Shown here: piece after piece, positions 35,420 through 48,640 of the stretch
How the letters are laid out: the number at the start of each line of letters is the position of its first letter
How positions within the stretch are numbered: the stretch's first letter is position 1
Origin: Sphyrna mokarran
Lineage: Eukaryota
Length of the DNA: 64,000 nt
Direction: 5' to 3'
Assembly (NCBI GenBank): GCA_024679065.1
Contig: JAGIQG010000010.1
Coordinates: forward strand, 10,106,001-10,170,000
Made by a program: the position numbers and the translations under genes
Notes under the pieces: generated by a model
What the model was told of the DNA's origin: nothing
Seen by the model: the letters and a program-made list of their open reading frames with translations, nothing else
The model's database searches: none

Positions 35420-35670
35420 AAGATTTGATTGACCCCCATGCCACTCTTCTGATTGCTCTGATATCAATCAATAAACATCCCAAATCTGTTGATCCTCTAA
35501 GCCGGATATGCCCAAACGTGCGCGCAGCATGTGAGGATGTCATTTTGCGAAACATTGCCAAAAATGAGTTTGACTGTAGTTTCTCCAGCAGCACCTTGTT
35601 GCCAATTCTCAGCTAACCTGTGCGATAATTATGTGGCAGTGCACTCAAACGAGCAATCTCAGTATCAAAT
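35420..35670. promoter_or_regulatory. Candidate enhancer
   Basis: TGATTGAC 35426, ATCAATCA 35463; repeat-free, CpGs retained. Confidence 0.4.
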
Positions 35671-35674
35671 TGAG

Positions 35675-36030
35675 TTATACAAGATGGATAAAGTAGGTGT
35701 GGAGCGGATGCTTCCTCTTGTGGGGCACTCTAGGATGAAAGGACATAGTCTTAGGATAAGAGGTAGCAAATTTAAAACAGAGTTGAGGAGAAACTACTTC
35801 ATCCAAAAGGCTGGTGAATTTGTAGAATTCAGTACCCCAAAGTGCAGTGGATGCTGGGACTGTGACTAAATTTAAGGAGGAGTTGGACAGATTTTGGTAA
35901 TGGGTTGATGGGTTATGGGGAGAAGGCAGGAAAACAGGGATGAGGAGCACATCAGCCATGATAAATGGCGGAGTGGACTAGATGGGCAGAATGGACTAAT
36001 TCTGCTCCGAAAGCTTACGAACTTATAAAC
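35675..36030 (+). mobile_element. CR1 LINE 3' end
   Basis: ORF ..ERMLPLVGHSRMKGHSLRIRGSKFKTELRRNYF. Confidence 0.85.
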
Positions 36031-36205
36031 AATCTAGAAATCAGATGATCAGCGAACATTTCTTATTTCCAAAACACATTCAGTGGGGTGTGTGGGGATT
36101 GAAATTAAGAAGATAATTCTAGGGCCCTACACCTTTAAATGAGTAAACCTTGAGTCGCAAATCAGCCAGGCTCTGCAAACAAGGAAAACACATGTCCAAG
36201 GACTA

Positions 36206-36492
36206 AGGCGGCACAGTGGCACAGTGATTAGCACTGCCATCTCACAGCGCCAGAGACCCAGGTTCGATTCCCAGCTTGGGTCATTGCCTGTGCAGAGGCT
36301 GCAAGCTCTCTCTGTGTCTGCGAGGATTTCCTCCAGGTGCTCCAGTTTCCTCCTACAATCCTAAAGCCATGCTAGATAGTTGCATCGGCCACGCTAAATT
36401 CTCCCTCAGTATACCCGAACAGGAGCCGGAGTGGAGGTTTTCACAATAACTCCATTGCGTTGCTAATGTAAGTCTACTCGTGACACTAAACC
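36206..36492 (+). mobile_element. V-SINE, tail type B
   Basis: Consensus match. Confidence 0.85.
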
Positions 36493-37602
36493 TTCGAACG
36501 GAGCAGATTCCACTTATCAAATGACATTTGATAGAAGCCTAGAAAGGTCTTCTAAGAAACCGTTTATAAGATGAATTCTGGCGGCCTGATTCGAGTTTAT
36601 TGAGAGATTCAGAGGTTTATTAGTTTTATAAAGATCTCATCACTCAATCATGATAAGCATTTCAGTGACATGGCTCAGGGGCTACTAATAGCTACATGAA
36701 TGGTATGACTACAGGAATGTGGGAAGAGAGAGAAAAGAAGCACGTGGCATTAATACGCAGCTCATGTTCAAAAACATCTGATAGGCAGATGATGTGAAAC
36801 TGGGAAGAAAGGGCACATCATTTAAAAGCTTGTTTGCATTCTAACAGATAAACGCAGAAAGCAGCAACGTGTAGGGTCATTTAAAAACTGAGTTTATGCG
36901 GCACTCTGGAAATGACATGTTGTTGATTCCCCCTGAATATTAATTTCTGTGCTTTGATCAGGGAATTACATTAGTCAGTTGCATTTCTGCAGAATAAAAG
37001 AATGAGAGGTGATACCAAGGACTGATCCTTACCTTAGTCCCACCTACCCGAATTTGTAATCTTCAAACCCTCGCAGATTTCCCCTGGTTAGGATTCAATG
37101 GCAGTGCCACAGTGTGTCTCCACATGCAGCCCCCTCTCCTCACCTGCCCCTCCACCCCTCTCCCGGCTCCCCCCTCCCCAGCCACTGGCAGATGAAGCAG
37201 GGTCACAACACCAGATTAAAGTCTAACAGGTTTATTTGGTAGTATGGGACTTAGTAAGATAGAGGGTTGTAGATAAGCCTACTAGGAAGGGATATGTTCA
37301 GCGCAACTTGTGGGCTGAAGGACCTGTTTGTGCTGTAGTTTTTCTATGTTCTACGTTCAAACGCCACTAGCATTTAGTTAGTTAGGATGAAACAGGCCAT
37401 TTAAATTGCACTTACTTCAGTTGGATCATAACATCTCATTGGGCAAGAGGGAGCCACTCAGATCCCAGTGCACATCTGAAGATCCTTTCCCTGACTCGAC
37501 CTGAAACTCCAATTTTAAAGATCGCCCTGCAACCCCACCTCCCTGCACACCACCCTTCCCAACTGCACCCCCACTCCCTGACCACCAGCCCCGATGCTCT
37601 AA

Positions 37603-37725
37603 GGCTGGAATTTTACCAGCACGCCTGCCCCAATTCTGGGGGCCGGCGACGCTAGGAGAACAATATTCTCCATTGGCCTTGGGCAGGATCACATGAACTT
37701 CAGATGGACATGTATAAGTCCACCC
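37603..37725. mobile_element. ~123-bp TIR/MITE copy
   Basis: TAA|GGCTGGAATTTTACC..TAAGTCCACCC|CAA; same subfamily as 51333. Confidence 0.65.
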
Positions 37726-37789
37726 CAAGTCTCTGACTGAAAGCAAATCTTCTCCAGCAGCCATCCTGCTGAGACTTGTTGCAGCACAG

Positions 37790-38730
37790 AAATCGCAGAA
37801 CGCCAGTATTAAGATGCAGCAAATAATAAAAATGACAAATGGGATGTCAGCATTTATTGCAAAAGGACTGGAGTATACAAGTAGAGAAGTGTTGTTGCAA
37901 ATGTATCGGGTGTTGGTGAGACCACATCTGGAGTGTCGAGTCCAGTTTTGCTCTCCTTATTTGAAGAAGAATGGGGTGGCGCTGGAGGCAATTCAGAGAA
38001 ATATCACCAGATTGATTCTGGGGATGAAAGGGTTGATGTACGAGGAGAGATTAAACAGTTTGGGCTAATACTCACTGGAGTTTAAAAAGATGAGAGGGGA
38101 TCTGATTGAGGTATATAAAGTCCAAAAAGGAATTGATAAATTAAATGTCGACCAAATATTTCTCTTTGTGGACAATCTAGAACAAAAGGTCACAGGGTAT
38201 CGATTGCAAGAAGGTAAATTTAAAACTAAGATGAGGAGGAACCATTTCCCACAGAGGGGGGTGAACTTTTGCAACTCACTGTCCCATTGCACAATGGAAT
38301 TGGAATCTTTTGGTTTGATTTGATTTATTATTGTCATATGTACTAACTTACAGTGAAAAGTACTGTTGCTTGCATGCTATACAGACAAAGCATACCATTC
38401 ATAGAGAAGAAAACGAGAATGTTGTGTTACAGTCATAGTTAGATTGAAGGGAAGGATCAACTTCGTGCGAGGTAGGTCCACTCAAAAGTCTGACAGCAGA
38501 AGGGAAGAAGCTGTTCTTAAGTTGGTGAATGGTTTCAAGAAGGAGATAAATATTCATCAGGAGATAAATAAATCAGAAATATTTCTGATTTTAAAAAATG
38601 GTAGAAAGGAATATGGGGAACCGGTGGGGAGTGGATTTGAGACCAGGGCGAGATCAGCTATGATCTGATTGAATAGCAGAATAGGCTGGAAGGGTTGAAT
38701 TACCAACTTCTGCTCCTAATTGCTATGTTC
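37790..38730 (+). mobile_element. CR1 LINE 3' fragment interrupted by a minus-strand Rex/Babar 3' end (about 38315-38528)
   Basis: ORFs ..LVRPHLECRVQFCSPYL..YEERLNSLG and MRGDLIEVYK.. Confidence 0.9.
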
Positions 38731-39236
38731 CACTGGTCCCATCACACTCTCAGGAAGCCACACACTGCCCTATTAAGCTTTAGAGGCAGCCAGTTAGTTA
38801 AGAGGCATGTGATTCAATGCCTATAATTACAGTAGCTTACTTAATGAAAGTCACTCTGGAAATGCATGTCTTCTTTTCCACAATTCTACCTTCCCTGAAC
38901 TTGAGCTTATTCCAAACTCTGCTGCCTGTATTCTAACCTGTCACTCCCTGATCTACAGTTGCTCTCCTCTCCACCTCTGTCACTAGCGTATCACTGAGAC
39001 ATGGCTTGCATTTCCAATTCTGGCCTCTCCTACATTCCCAACAGTCTTCATTGCAGCTTCAGTAGTCCAGCCTGAACCTTGGTATTCCCTTCCTAAAACT
39101 CTCCATCTCTTTATCTCTCTTTTGTCCCTGAAAATGCTCCTTAAAACACTATTTAAGTGCGAACGATTGCTATTAAGTTGCAGAACATTATTCGGTGGTA
39201 CTGGTTCACTTTGCCGTCAAGAGACTTGGGGATACA

Positions 39237-39356
39237 GGCAGGGATTTTATAATCCCACCCATGGCAAGCACTGGCAGGAATATTTGATGGACCAGACCAA
39301 GGTCTATGGGCATGGATTTCCCAGCCTGTGACAGGCAGAACCTTTAAGTCCTGGCC
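39237..39356. mobile_element. ~120-bp TIR/MITE copy
   Basis: ACA|GGCAGGGATTTT..AAGTCCTGGCC|ATA. Confidence 0.6.
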
Positions 39357-39639
39357 ATAGCACAGGTGGAAAAGACTCTTCTCTCTTTAATCCTTATTTT
39401 CTTTTGATCTGCACGACTTTGAGCTTGACTTTCCAACATTTGTCCACTGCCGAGTGATCTTTTGGTCCCATCAAAAGTCAATGGACTCTTGGTGGGGCTG
39501 CCGAATCTTCGCAGCTGATCCCACCACGACAGGGCTGGAAAATCTCAGCCCTCACTGCTCTCTTGAATTTCTTGTGTTCCCTCCTTCTTCATGTCTAATT
39601 TGATTTTAGGTTTGATTAATTTGATCAATTTGATCATTG

Positions 39640-39960
39640 TGCATGGTGGCACAGTGGTTAACACTGCTGCCACACAGCTCCAGGGACCCGGGTTCGATTT
39701 CCAGCCTTGGGTCACTGTCTGCATGGAGTTTTTACATTCTCCCCGTGTCTGCGTAGGTTTCCTCTGGGTGCTCTGGTTTCCTCCAAAGATGTATAGGATA
39801 GGTTGATTGGCCATAGTAAATTGTTCCAGGGTGTCAAGGTTAGAGGGATTAGCAGAATAAATATGTGAGGTTACAAGGAAAGGGTCTGAGTGGAATCATT
39901 GACAGTGCAGATTCTGTGGGCTGAATGACCTCTATTGCACTGCAGGAACTCTCTGATTCT
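39640..39960 (+). mobile_element. V-SINE, tail type A
   Basis: Consensus match. Confidence 0.85.
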
Positions 39961-40269
39961 AATTAATCAAATAAAACTTGATTAATTTCATATTGAAACA
40001 CATGATTTTGATTTCTTTGCCATGTGTCTCTGAAGGTGGATTTTAATCTAGTCTAGCACCCAAAGCATTGACACATTGATCTTACTGTTTGTGGGCGCTG
40101 TGTCACAGCAGATTCATTTCAATGAGGCCATCCCCCACTTTTCCACGAGCGTTGCCAACTCGAGTTGAGCAAAATCTTGGAGGCTTCGTCACGTTACTCC
40201 CCGCCACCAAATGCCCCACCCTTACGTCTACCATCGGTCGCCATATGTCCATCCTCAAAAAGCTTTGCC

Positions 40270-40520
40270 TTCCCAGCCAATCGAAAAATGCTTGGATGCA
40301 CTATTACCTGATTATGATTCCTGAGTGTCAGCCAATGAACCAGGTTATTTTTTTCCCAGATCCAATAGTTTCCTCACAAGCGTTTTCAAAAAAAATAGAT
40401 TAAATGACACCTTATTTTAATTGTTTCCCTGCTTTATTTTCCTGGTTGTAAAATTATCAATGACAGGAGTGCCTCTGTATAAAAAGCTCTGTTTGTAATG
40501 CTTGAGACAGTGCATCTGCT
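40270..40520. promoter_or_regulatory. Candidate enhancer
   Basis: Repeat-free, AT-rich; three CCAAT, ATCAAT overlapping TGACAG at 40461, TAATT/ATTA cores. Confidence 0.3.
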
Positions 40521-40926
40521 GTTCAGTGAACATGAAAGGTCCCAAACAGCGAACAACCGACCTTTAGGATATTGGGTTAATTGGCCTACAGTATCAGACT
40601 TCATCCAGCTCTTAAAAGGAACAGAGTTATGGAGCCAGATAAGCAGAAGATCTAAGGAAACTGACTCCCAGGGTTGATCAGCTGCTTACTACATCCACTG
40701 AAACTGGGTTCACAGTAATGGCCCACACCAGCAGAACGCAGATGAGTGGACATCATACTGAATGTATTTAAAGTTCTGGATGATCAGAAATTGAAATACT
40801 GTTCAGAGCGATATAATTCAAAATGGAGATATTGAATTATCCAATAATTCAATTATTGGATTATTGAATCCAATAATTCAATTGGATTCTGATGGGGTCA
40901 CATCAGAATGATAACTTGAATTGAAA

Positions 40927-41200
40927 GGACAGATAGCATAGTGGTCAGCCTGCAGCCTCACTGCGTCAGGGACCTGGATTCGATTCCCAGCTTGGATCAG
41001 TCTCTGGAAAGTCTGCTCGTTCTCCTTGGGGAATTTCCTCCATGTGCTCCCATAGTCTGATGCTGGTTGGTTGCTTCGGCCATGCTAAATTCTGTCTCAG
41101 TGTCTCCTAACAGGCTCTGGAGTATGGCGACTAGGGGATTTTCACAGTAAATTCATTGCGATGTTAATGTAAATCTACTCATGACACTATTAAATCAACT
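40927..41200 (+). mobile_element. V-SINE, tail type B (diverged)
   Basis: GGCGACTAGGGGATTTTCACAGTAA tail. Confidence 0.75.
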
Positions 41201-41815
41201 TAAATGTAAATTATGAGGCCACGTTACATGAAGTAGGCAGGCATTCCCTCAAGGGATGATGTCATTAAGGTTCTAATGATTTGACAATGTATGTGAGGAG
41301 AAACGATGTTCTCAGGTAGAAGATTCTAGAACTGGATCTTTGGGGATTGATGCCAGGAGTTGTTTCTTGACTCAATGGGTGGTGAGAATCTGGAATGTTC
41401 TCCCCTGAATTGCTGGTGGGGTTGGGAGTCAACTGAAAATTTCAGAACTGGGATTGAGAAAATGTTATTGGGCACATGGAACTTTGGTAGGTGGATATAT
41501 TTAACTTACAAATCAAGCATGACCTAATTCAATGGCAGAAAAAAATACTCTGAGGGCTGACTGGTCTACTCATGTCCCTATATTCCAATGGGATTGCAAA
41601 TGAGCAGATCCAGGAAACTTGAGTGTAACTCCTGCTGCTGAGAGTGGTTCTATTCAGTTAAAGAAGTAATTCAAAAGCAGTGAATTCTGAAGAAATTTTA
41701 GGCCAAGATTTACTGTATGATAGACAGATCAACATTGATATGTATCCCTCTCCCTACTAAGTGGTGTTATAGAATCTCAGTGTTGTAAGTTGCTGAATGG
41801 ATGTTTGTGTGAGTA

Positions 41816-41817
<2 letters not shown>

Positions 41818-41848
<31 letters not shown>
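41818..41848. repeat. (TG)n microsatellite
   Basis: About 15 TG units. Confidence 0.95.
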
Positions 41849-41850
<2 letters not shown>

Positions 41851-41970
41851 AACATAGGACTGGGAGCAGACCATTTGCTTCTGATCTGCTATTCAATAAG
41901 ATCATGGCTGATCTGTGACCTAACTACACATTCCTGTCTTTACTGCCATATTCCGAATATCTTTGTATAA

Positions 41971-42270
41971 GTGGCACAGTGGTTAGTGATCACAGCGCCA
42001 GGGACCTGGGTTCAATTCAGGCCTCGGATCAGTGTCTTTATAGAGTTTGCACATTCTCGCCATATCTGCGTGGGTTTCCTCCTGGTGCTCTGGTTTCCTC
42101 TCACAGTCCAAAAGATGTGTGGGTTGGATTCGTTGGCCATGATAAAAGTTGCCCCAAGTGTCGGAGGAAAGGGTTAGGTAAATACGTGGGATTATGGGGA
42201 AAGGACCTGGGTGGGTTTGTTGTTGTGTAGGCTCTACACAATGGCTTCCTTCTGCACTGTAAATTCTAAG
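41971..42270 (+). mobile_element. V-SINE, tail type A
   Basis: Consensus match. Confidence 0.85.
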
Positions 42271-42463
42271 ATAACCAAAACTACTCAATGTTAGTTTTAA
42301 AATTAATGACTGAGTTGGCCCTTTGCTGAAGAGACTTCTAAACTTTTTGTGTGAAGATGTGTTACCTAACTTTATTGATCCTGAAAGGCCTGGCTCCAAT
42401 TTCAGGATGATGCCCCCCAATTCTGGATTCCCTAACTGCCAAACAGCTCCCTCAGTTTATATT

Positions 42464-42668
42464 GGCTGGAATCCCCCAACCGTTCATGCCAGTGGGATTT
42501 TCCGGTGCTGCCAGCAGTGCATTTCCGCCCACAAGTTTTCCGACAGGGAGGGATGGAGTCAATGGAAAATCCCATTTGGAGTAGCGGGACCAGAAAATCT
42601 CACCATTGCTGAAAAGCACGCCATCTCCCACCATCAAGAAATCTGTGGTGGCCAGAGAATCTCACTCT
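42464..42668. mobile_element. ~200-bp internally palindromic MITE-like element
   Basis: GGCTGGAATCCC..GGGATTTTCCGG..CAATGGAAAATCCCATT..CCAGAAAATCTC..AGAGAATCTCACTC; lies within a CR1 fragment. Confidence 0.6.
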
Positions 42669-43414
42669 TTGTCTGTCCCTGAAATGCCTTGAATACTTTG
42701 ATCAAATCACCCATGAATATTAATTCATATAACTTCTCTTTGTAACTCAGCCCTTAGAGTCCAGGTATCATTTTAGTTCCAGCACCACACACTCACTGCA
42801 ATATATTCATTCTAAGGTATGGTGCCCAGAACTGTTTGCTCAGGAGGAGAGAGAAAAAAGAGGAGAATGGTGGAAGTACTGATGAGAAAGCAAACAGTGA
42901 TGCTAGATCATCAGGACATCATGGTACTGATACTGAACATATTGATTCAGGATCAAACTCGTATGTCAGTCATTTGGCATGCACTCAGTCTCTTAACTGC
43001 TAGAGGTGCTCAGTCTGAAGGGATTAAAGCAGAGGTGGAGCGTGGGGTTGGGAGGGGGGCGGTGGAGTTGCTGTGGATAGAAACCAATTTGGGTCACGGA
43101 TGAAAGGCCCTCAAACAAAAACCAAAAGAGATTCAGCTTGTTGTCGGAAATTGTAAATACAATACAACGTGTAAAGAATAGGGGTCAGTTTTGTTCCATA
43201 TGTAAGAGATAGCCTGTCGAACTGTTGTAGTACTAAAAGATTTATCTTTCTGGGGATTAAAAGTTAAATTAAGTAGACAATAACAATTCATACACCTTGA
43301 CTCTATTGTTAAAGGACAAAGCATATTTCTCCATCCTTTAGATTGCTTGGGAAATTAGCTGATTGTAGCATTTTGTTTTACAGCCAATTTATTTCTGGGA
43401 GTTTTAAAAATGTT

Positions 43415-43561
43415 ACACATAAACATACATATACCATGCATATGCATATGCACATATGCAAATGCATGCATATACATGCACACACACACGATGCACGCAC
43501 ACACACACACATGCACACGTGCACACAGACACACACACACACACACACACGTGCACACACA
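43415..43561. repeat. CA/TGCA-rich low-complexity tract
   Basis: Alternating purine-pyrimidine sequence. Confidence 0.9.
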
Positions 43562-43688
43562 GGGACGAATTTTACCATCCTGCCTACCGCAGGAATCAGA
43601 AAGAGAGAGGGACAGAACATGGAAAGATCCATTGATCTTGTGCAGGATTTTCCAGTTTCAGGGTGAACAAGGCTGGAAAATCCTGCCC
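43562..43688. mobile_element. ~127-bp TIR/MITE copy inserted in the CA tract
   Basis: ACA|GGGACGAATTTTACC..GGAAAATCCTGCCC|TCA. Confidence 0.75.
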
Positions 43689-45029
43689 TCAGACTTACAC
43701 ACCTACATGCACACATACATGCACCAGGCACATTCACACGCCCACATCCCAACAACCTGGTAAACCATGGTTGCGCAGCCAAGAAATAATAATAATAATG
43801 CATGTTTGATTTCAGTCCATGTACTAGTGGGAAAAGTCATTTCAGGATACAAGGAGCCTTCACAAAATCTGCAGGAAAGATCAAAGGTGAGAGTGTGTCT
43901 TTGCTAAGAACTGTACAATATGAGTGTTCAGCTGTTGATGACTTAACTATATCTCATTGAACAAATGCATTTAAGTGCAGTTTATTTTCTTTTCTAAATG
44001 ACCCTGTCAATTTTTCTCAACTGCTTAGGGACACAATGGCTGTCTTTAAACCTGCAGTTGGCAACCTGGATTATTCACTTAATGTCCAACCTTAGGTCAT
44101 GAGCAGCCCCGCACAATTGTCTTCCCAAACTTATTAATGAAGCACCCACTCGAAAAGAGGTCAAAGGTTTTGTTTCAGTCTGTATTATCTTACAAGATCG
44201 TTTCTTGCCCCAAAGGGAGAAGGAAAACAGCCAAGAGGCTGATAATGAATGCATTATTATTCCTGGAGACTCTGAACTAGTTCATACTCTTACATTGAAG
44301 GCTTCTTTCAACTATTACTGGACAATGAGAAAAGCAACCTTGAAAGGACCTATTTTCAATCCCTGAAACTGACATTACATTTCACCTCAAACACCAGCCA
44401 AGGAATAAGACAAAAGACTGATTGTCTTTTTTGGTTCCTTATTTTGAATGGAGCAATAGAGACTTGTAGAGCTGCTAGAGAAACCATCAGAAGACAAGGA
44501 GGTGTCATTCAGTTTGAAAGAAACCCAACAGGTGCAAATGTCTTTTTCAATTCAGTAACTATTTCTCACGACTAGCAATAAACATCCTCATACCAAATTC
44601 AGCCAGTTACACTTTCAGGGAAATATTAAGGGCATGCAATACAGAAATGACCAGTCTAGCCATTGACTTCATGCAACATTAGATATTTCATTGTTTTTGT
44701 GTCTTGGTCTGCCTTGACCACTTTCATTCCAGTTAACACATTTTCAGCCATCTTTTAAGAGCCAATGTTTATTTGAAAATATGGGAACAGGGTCATAGTG
44801 ATAATATCAGTGGGCTCTTAATGCAGTAGTCTGGAATAATGACCTTTAGACGTTGGTTGTTATGCATTATTAGCTTGGTATCCCATTATACAAAGTAAAG
44901 AGGTTCCAATGCTTGCAGTTTCTGCTTTTGGTATTTTAAAGAGCTGGTTGATTGACACTTCTACAGGGCTGTAGTAAAAGGCTGTGACTACAAATGCTTT
45001 GAATTGTGCTGAGGTCATGAAAGGTGAGG

Positions 45030-45775
45030 CATCGTACAATCCCTGCAGGGCAGAATGGGCCATTTGTCCAATGAGTCTGCCGTTGAGTTTGCACTGACTC
45101 TCTGACAGAGTATCTTATTCAAGTTCTCTCACCAGCCCTTTCCTATAATCAATCTAACCTCTACATCTAACTTGCAATAAAAAAAAGAACTCAGCCCTGG
45201 CATATCCCTGCATTGTGGGCCCTCTTTCTAGAGCAGCACGGTGGCAAAGTGGTTAACATAGCTGCCTCACAGTGCCAGGGACCCGGGTTTAATTCCGGCC
45301 TCAGGTGACTGTCTGTGTGCGGTTTGCACATTCTCCCTGTGTCTGGTGGGTTTCCTCCAGGTGCTCTGGTTTCCTTCCACACCCCAAAGTTGTGAAGGTT
45401 AGGTTTATCGGCTGTGCTAAATTGCCTCTTAGTGTCAGGGGGATTAGGAGGATTACGGAGACAGGATCTGGGTGGAACAGTTGCTGGCGCATGCTTGGCA
45501 AGCCAAATGGCCTCCTTGTGCACTGTAGATTCTATGAACTTGGGACACTAAGGGGCAATTTAGGATGGCCAATTCACTTAACCTACACACCTGTGGACTG
45601 TAGGAGGAATCCAGAGCACGCAGAGAAAACCCGTGCAGACACGGGGAGAACATGCAAACTCCATACAGACAGTGACCCGCGACTGGAATTGAAACCGGGT
45701 TGCTGGGTGACTGTGCGGAATCTCCATATTCTCCCTGTGCGTGGGTTTTCTCCAGATTCTCCAGTTTCCTCCAAC
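45030..45775. mobile_element. Cluster of four V-SINE pieces in alternating orientation
   Basis: 45030-45160(-), 45232-45537(+), 45538-45700(-), 45704-45775(+). Confidence 0.8.
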
Positions 45776-46224
45776 GATAAAAAATGCAAATCTTCCCAGC
45801 TTAACGCTTAGGTGAAATTTCAGCATGGTTACACCCAAGACGGGCACACAGAAATTTCATCCAAATTCACAAAGCTGATTTTTGACAAATAGTACACAGA
45901 CCATACTGTATCTCCTTGGATCCCAGTCATGTTCTGCCTCTCACTCCTCTGTTTTTGTTAACTCTCACAATAAGAGGAAATAAAGAAACAATGACAGTTG
46001 GGGTGGGGGAGAACATCAAAGAGAAAAGTTTCCTCTGTTAATTACGATGGCACACAGGAAGAAACATGAAACCATTTGACCTTACCCGTGGGAATAATAA
46101 AATACAGAGAGGAATTCCAAACCCGGTCCGATCGGATGCAAGGAGCAGGAGAAAGGACAATAACCTTGGCGCAATCCTACTTTCATCATGTAGCTTAGTG
46201 ACAGCCAATGCAATTGTAATTTTT

Positions 46225-46960
46225 TGATTTGATTTGATGCATTATTGTAATAGTGTACAGTCAGAAGTATTGTTTCTTGCATGCTATTACAGACAAAGTA
46301 TACTATTCATAGAGAAGGAGAGAGTGCAGAATGTCACAGTCACAGCCAGGGTGTAGAAAAAGATCAACTTAACGAGAGGTAGGTCCATTTAAAAGTCTGA
46401 TTGCAGCAGGGAAGAAGCTGTTCTTGAGTCGGTTGGTATGTGATCTCAGGCTTCTGTATCTTTTTGTTAATGGAAGATGGTGGAAGAAAAAATGGTCTTC
46501 AGTGTGTGGTAACATGCGTACAGTGAAAAGTATTGCTTCTTGCATGCTTTACAGACAAAACATACTGTTAATAGAGAAGGAAATGAGGAAATACAGTATG
46601 TAGTGTTACAGTCATAGCTAAGCTGCAAACAAAAATCAACTTAATGCAAGATAGGTTCATTCAAGTCTGATGGCAGTAGTGAAGAAGCTGTTCTTCAGTT
46701 GGTTGACAAGTGACCTAAAACTTTTGTATCTTTTTTCCAACAGAAGAAGGTGGAAATGAGTATGTTCGAGCTGCGTGGGGTTCTTAAATATGCTGGCTGC
46801 TTTGTCGAGGCAGCAGGAAGTGTAGACAGAGTCAATGGATGTTTTGTGTGATGGATTGGGCTACATTCACAACCCTTTGTAGTTTCTTGCAGTCTTGGGC
46901 AGTGCAGGAGCCATACCAAGCTGTGATACAACCAGAAAGAATGCTTTCCATGATGCATCA
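46225..46960 (-). mobile_element. Two tandem Rex/Babar LINE 3' fragments (46225-46500, 46505-46960)
   Basis: Repeated TACAGACAAA..AGAGAAGGA..GAAGAAGCTGTTCTT; ORF2 remnant. Confidence 0.8.
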
Positions 46961-47044
46961 AGTTCCTAGTGTCATTGTAACTGGTGGCTTTCCTGCCAGT
47001 GAAACCAGAATAATCTGTGTCCAGGAGTTCGATTTTCAAGTGTT

Positions 47045-47352
47045 GGGCGGCATGATGGCACAGTGATTAACACTGCTTCTTCACAGCGCAGGGACCTGAG
47101 TTCATTTGTAGCTTGGATGACTCTGTGTGGAGTTTGCATGTTCTCCTCATTTCTGTGTGGGTTTCCTCCTGGTGCTCCGTTTTCCTCCCACAGTCCAAAG
47201 ATGCCCAGGTTAGATGGATATGCCATGCTAAATTGGCTCCTGTCAGGAGGACTAGCAGGATAAATGCGAGGTATTATGGAGATACATTCTGGGTGGAATT
47301 GTTGTTGGTGCAATCTCGATGGGCTGAACTTCCATGTCAGGATTCTATGATT
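47045..47352 (+). mobile_element. V-SINE, tail type A
   Basis: Consensus match. Confidence 0.85.
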
Positions 47353-48327
47353 TGAACTGGGATCCGGTGTAGGTGCGATTTCAAAATCACGGTTCTGGAA
47401 GTCAAATCTGGATCGCAAAACATCCAGAGTCAACTACCATTTTCAAAGTGAGAGAGGGGATAGGGTTGTGTGAAGAGAACAGGAAATCCACTCACAACCA
47501 ATTTGAAGCCTGCTAAGCTCCTTTAAAACCTGGCTGAAGGTCTAAAGAGGACAATATTTTCAAAGGACACTTTTTCGAGTTGGTGCCCAGCTCTGGCATT
47601 CATTGCAGGGTGAAAGAATGTTCGGATGGAATTTTCTGTTTCTGCCCATCATGGGTCCACCAGATTTTCCATAGCATCCGTGACGATTCTCGGAATTGGG
47701 GGAAATTGAAAATTGGTGGCCCAACTAGCACTGGTTCCAGTGCCGTACCTTTACTTCACGTCCATGGTTACTCTTCTTCATGTTCCTGCTCCTGCCCTTC
47801 CAGCAAGATAACCATACCATTCAGCAGAATCTAACATGGTTACCGTTGGCAATGGACTGGCAGTTCCAACACCCGGAGCTACCAGTTCTCTCTAATTGCC
47901 AAATCCGCTCCCTGCCTAATTAAAGATAGCTTTCTGAGGATGATGTGGTTTGATTGAGAGTTTGGGAACTTTATCTTGGTGATAGGTTCCCAAGCCTACT
48001 TTGAAAATGTAGCCCTATAGCAGTGGGTGCCTACTTTTGCACCCTAATGGAAATCAACCTGTTTTTTATTAATTTACAAAGGGCTCGGCTTTAAAACTGC
48101 TCCAAATAATGATGATACAGAAATAGATGCTAAATCCACCCTTCCAGAGCATTTACATTTTCTCTAATCAGCCTGCCCTAGCACTCATCTACTCTAATAG
48201 TCGCCGACACTTCACTTCCAGAACCTTCTGGCCACAGCCAATTCCCTGACTCTCCAAAGTGAAAATTGCTCGCAATGGGGCCCCCTGATATCCACCATGT
48301 CAGGAAATTTATTCTTTCAAACTGCTA

Positions 48328-48640
48328 GGGCAGCATGGTTGCACAATGATTAGCACTGCTGCCTCACAGAATTGGACCCAGGTTCAATTCTGGCCAAGGG
48401 TCACTATATGGAATTTGCACATTCTCTCCATTTTCTCTGGGCGCTCCAATTTCCTCCCCCAGTCCAAAGATGTGCGGGTTAGGTTGACTGGCCATGCAAA
48501 ATTCACCCTAGTGTCATGATTAACAGGGTAAATATGTGTGTTTACAAGAATCAGGCCTGGGTGTGATTGTAGTCAGTGCTAGTCTCAATGGGCCAAATGG
48601 CCTCTTTTTGCACCATGGGAATTCTATGTTTCTATGATTT
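48328..48640 (+). mobile_element. V-SINE, tail type A
   Basis: Consensus match. Confidence 0.8.
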
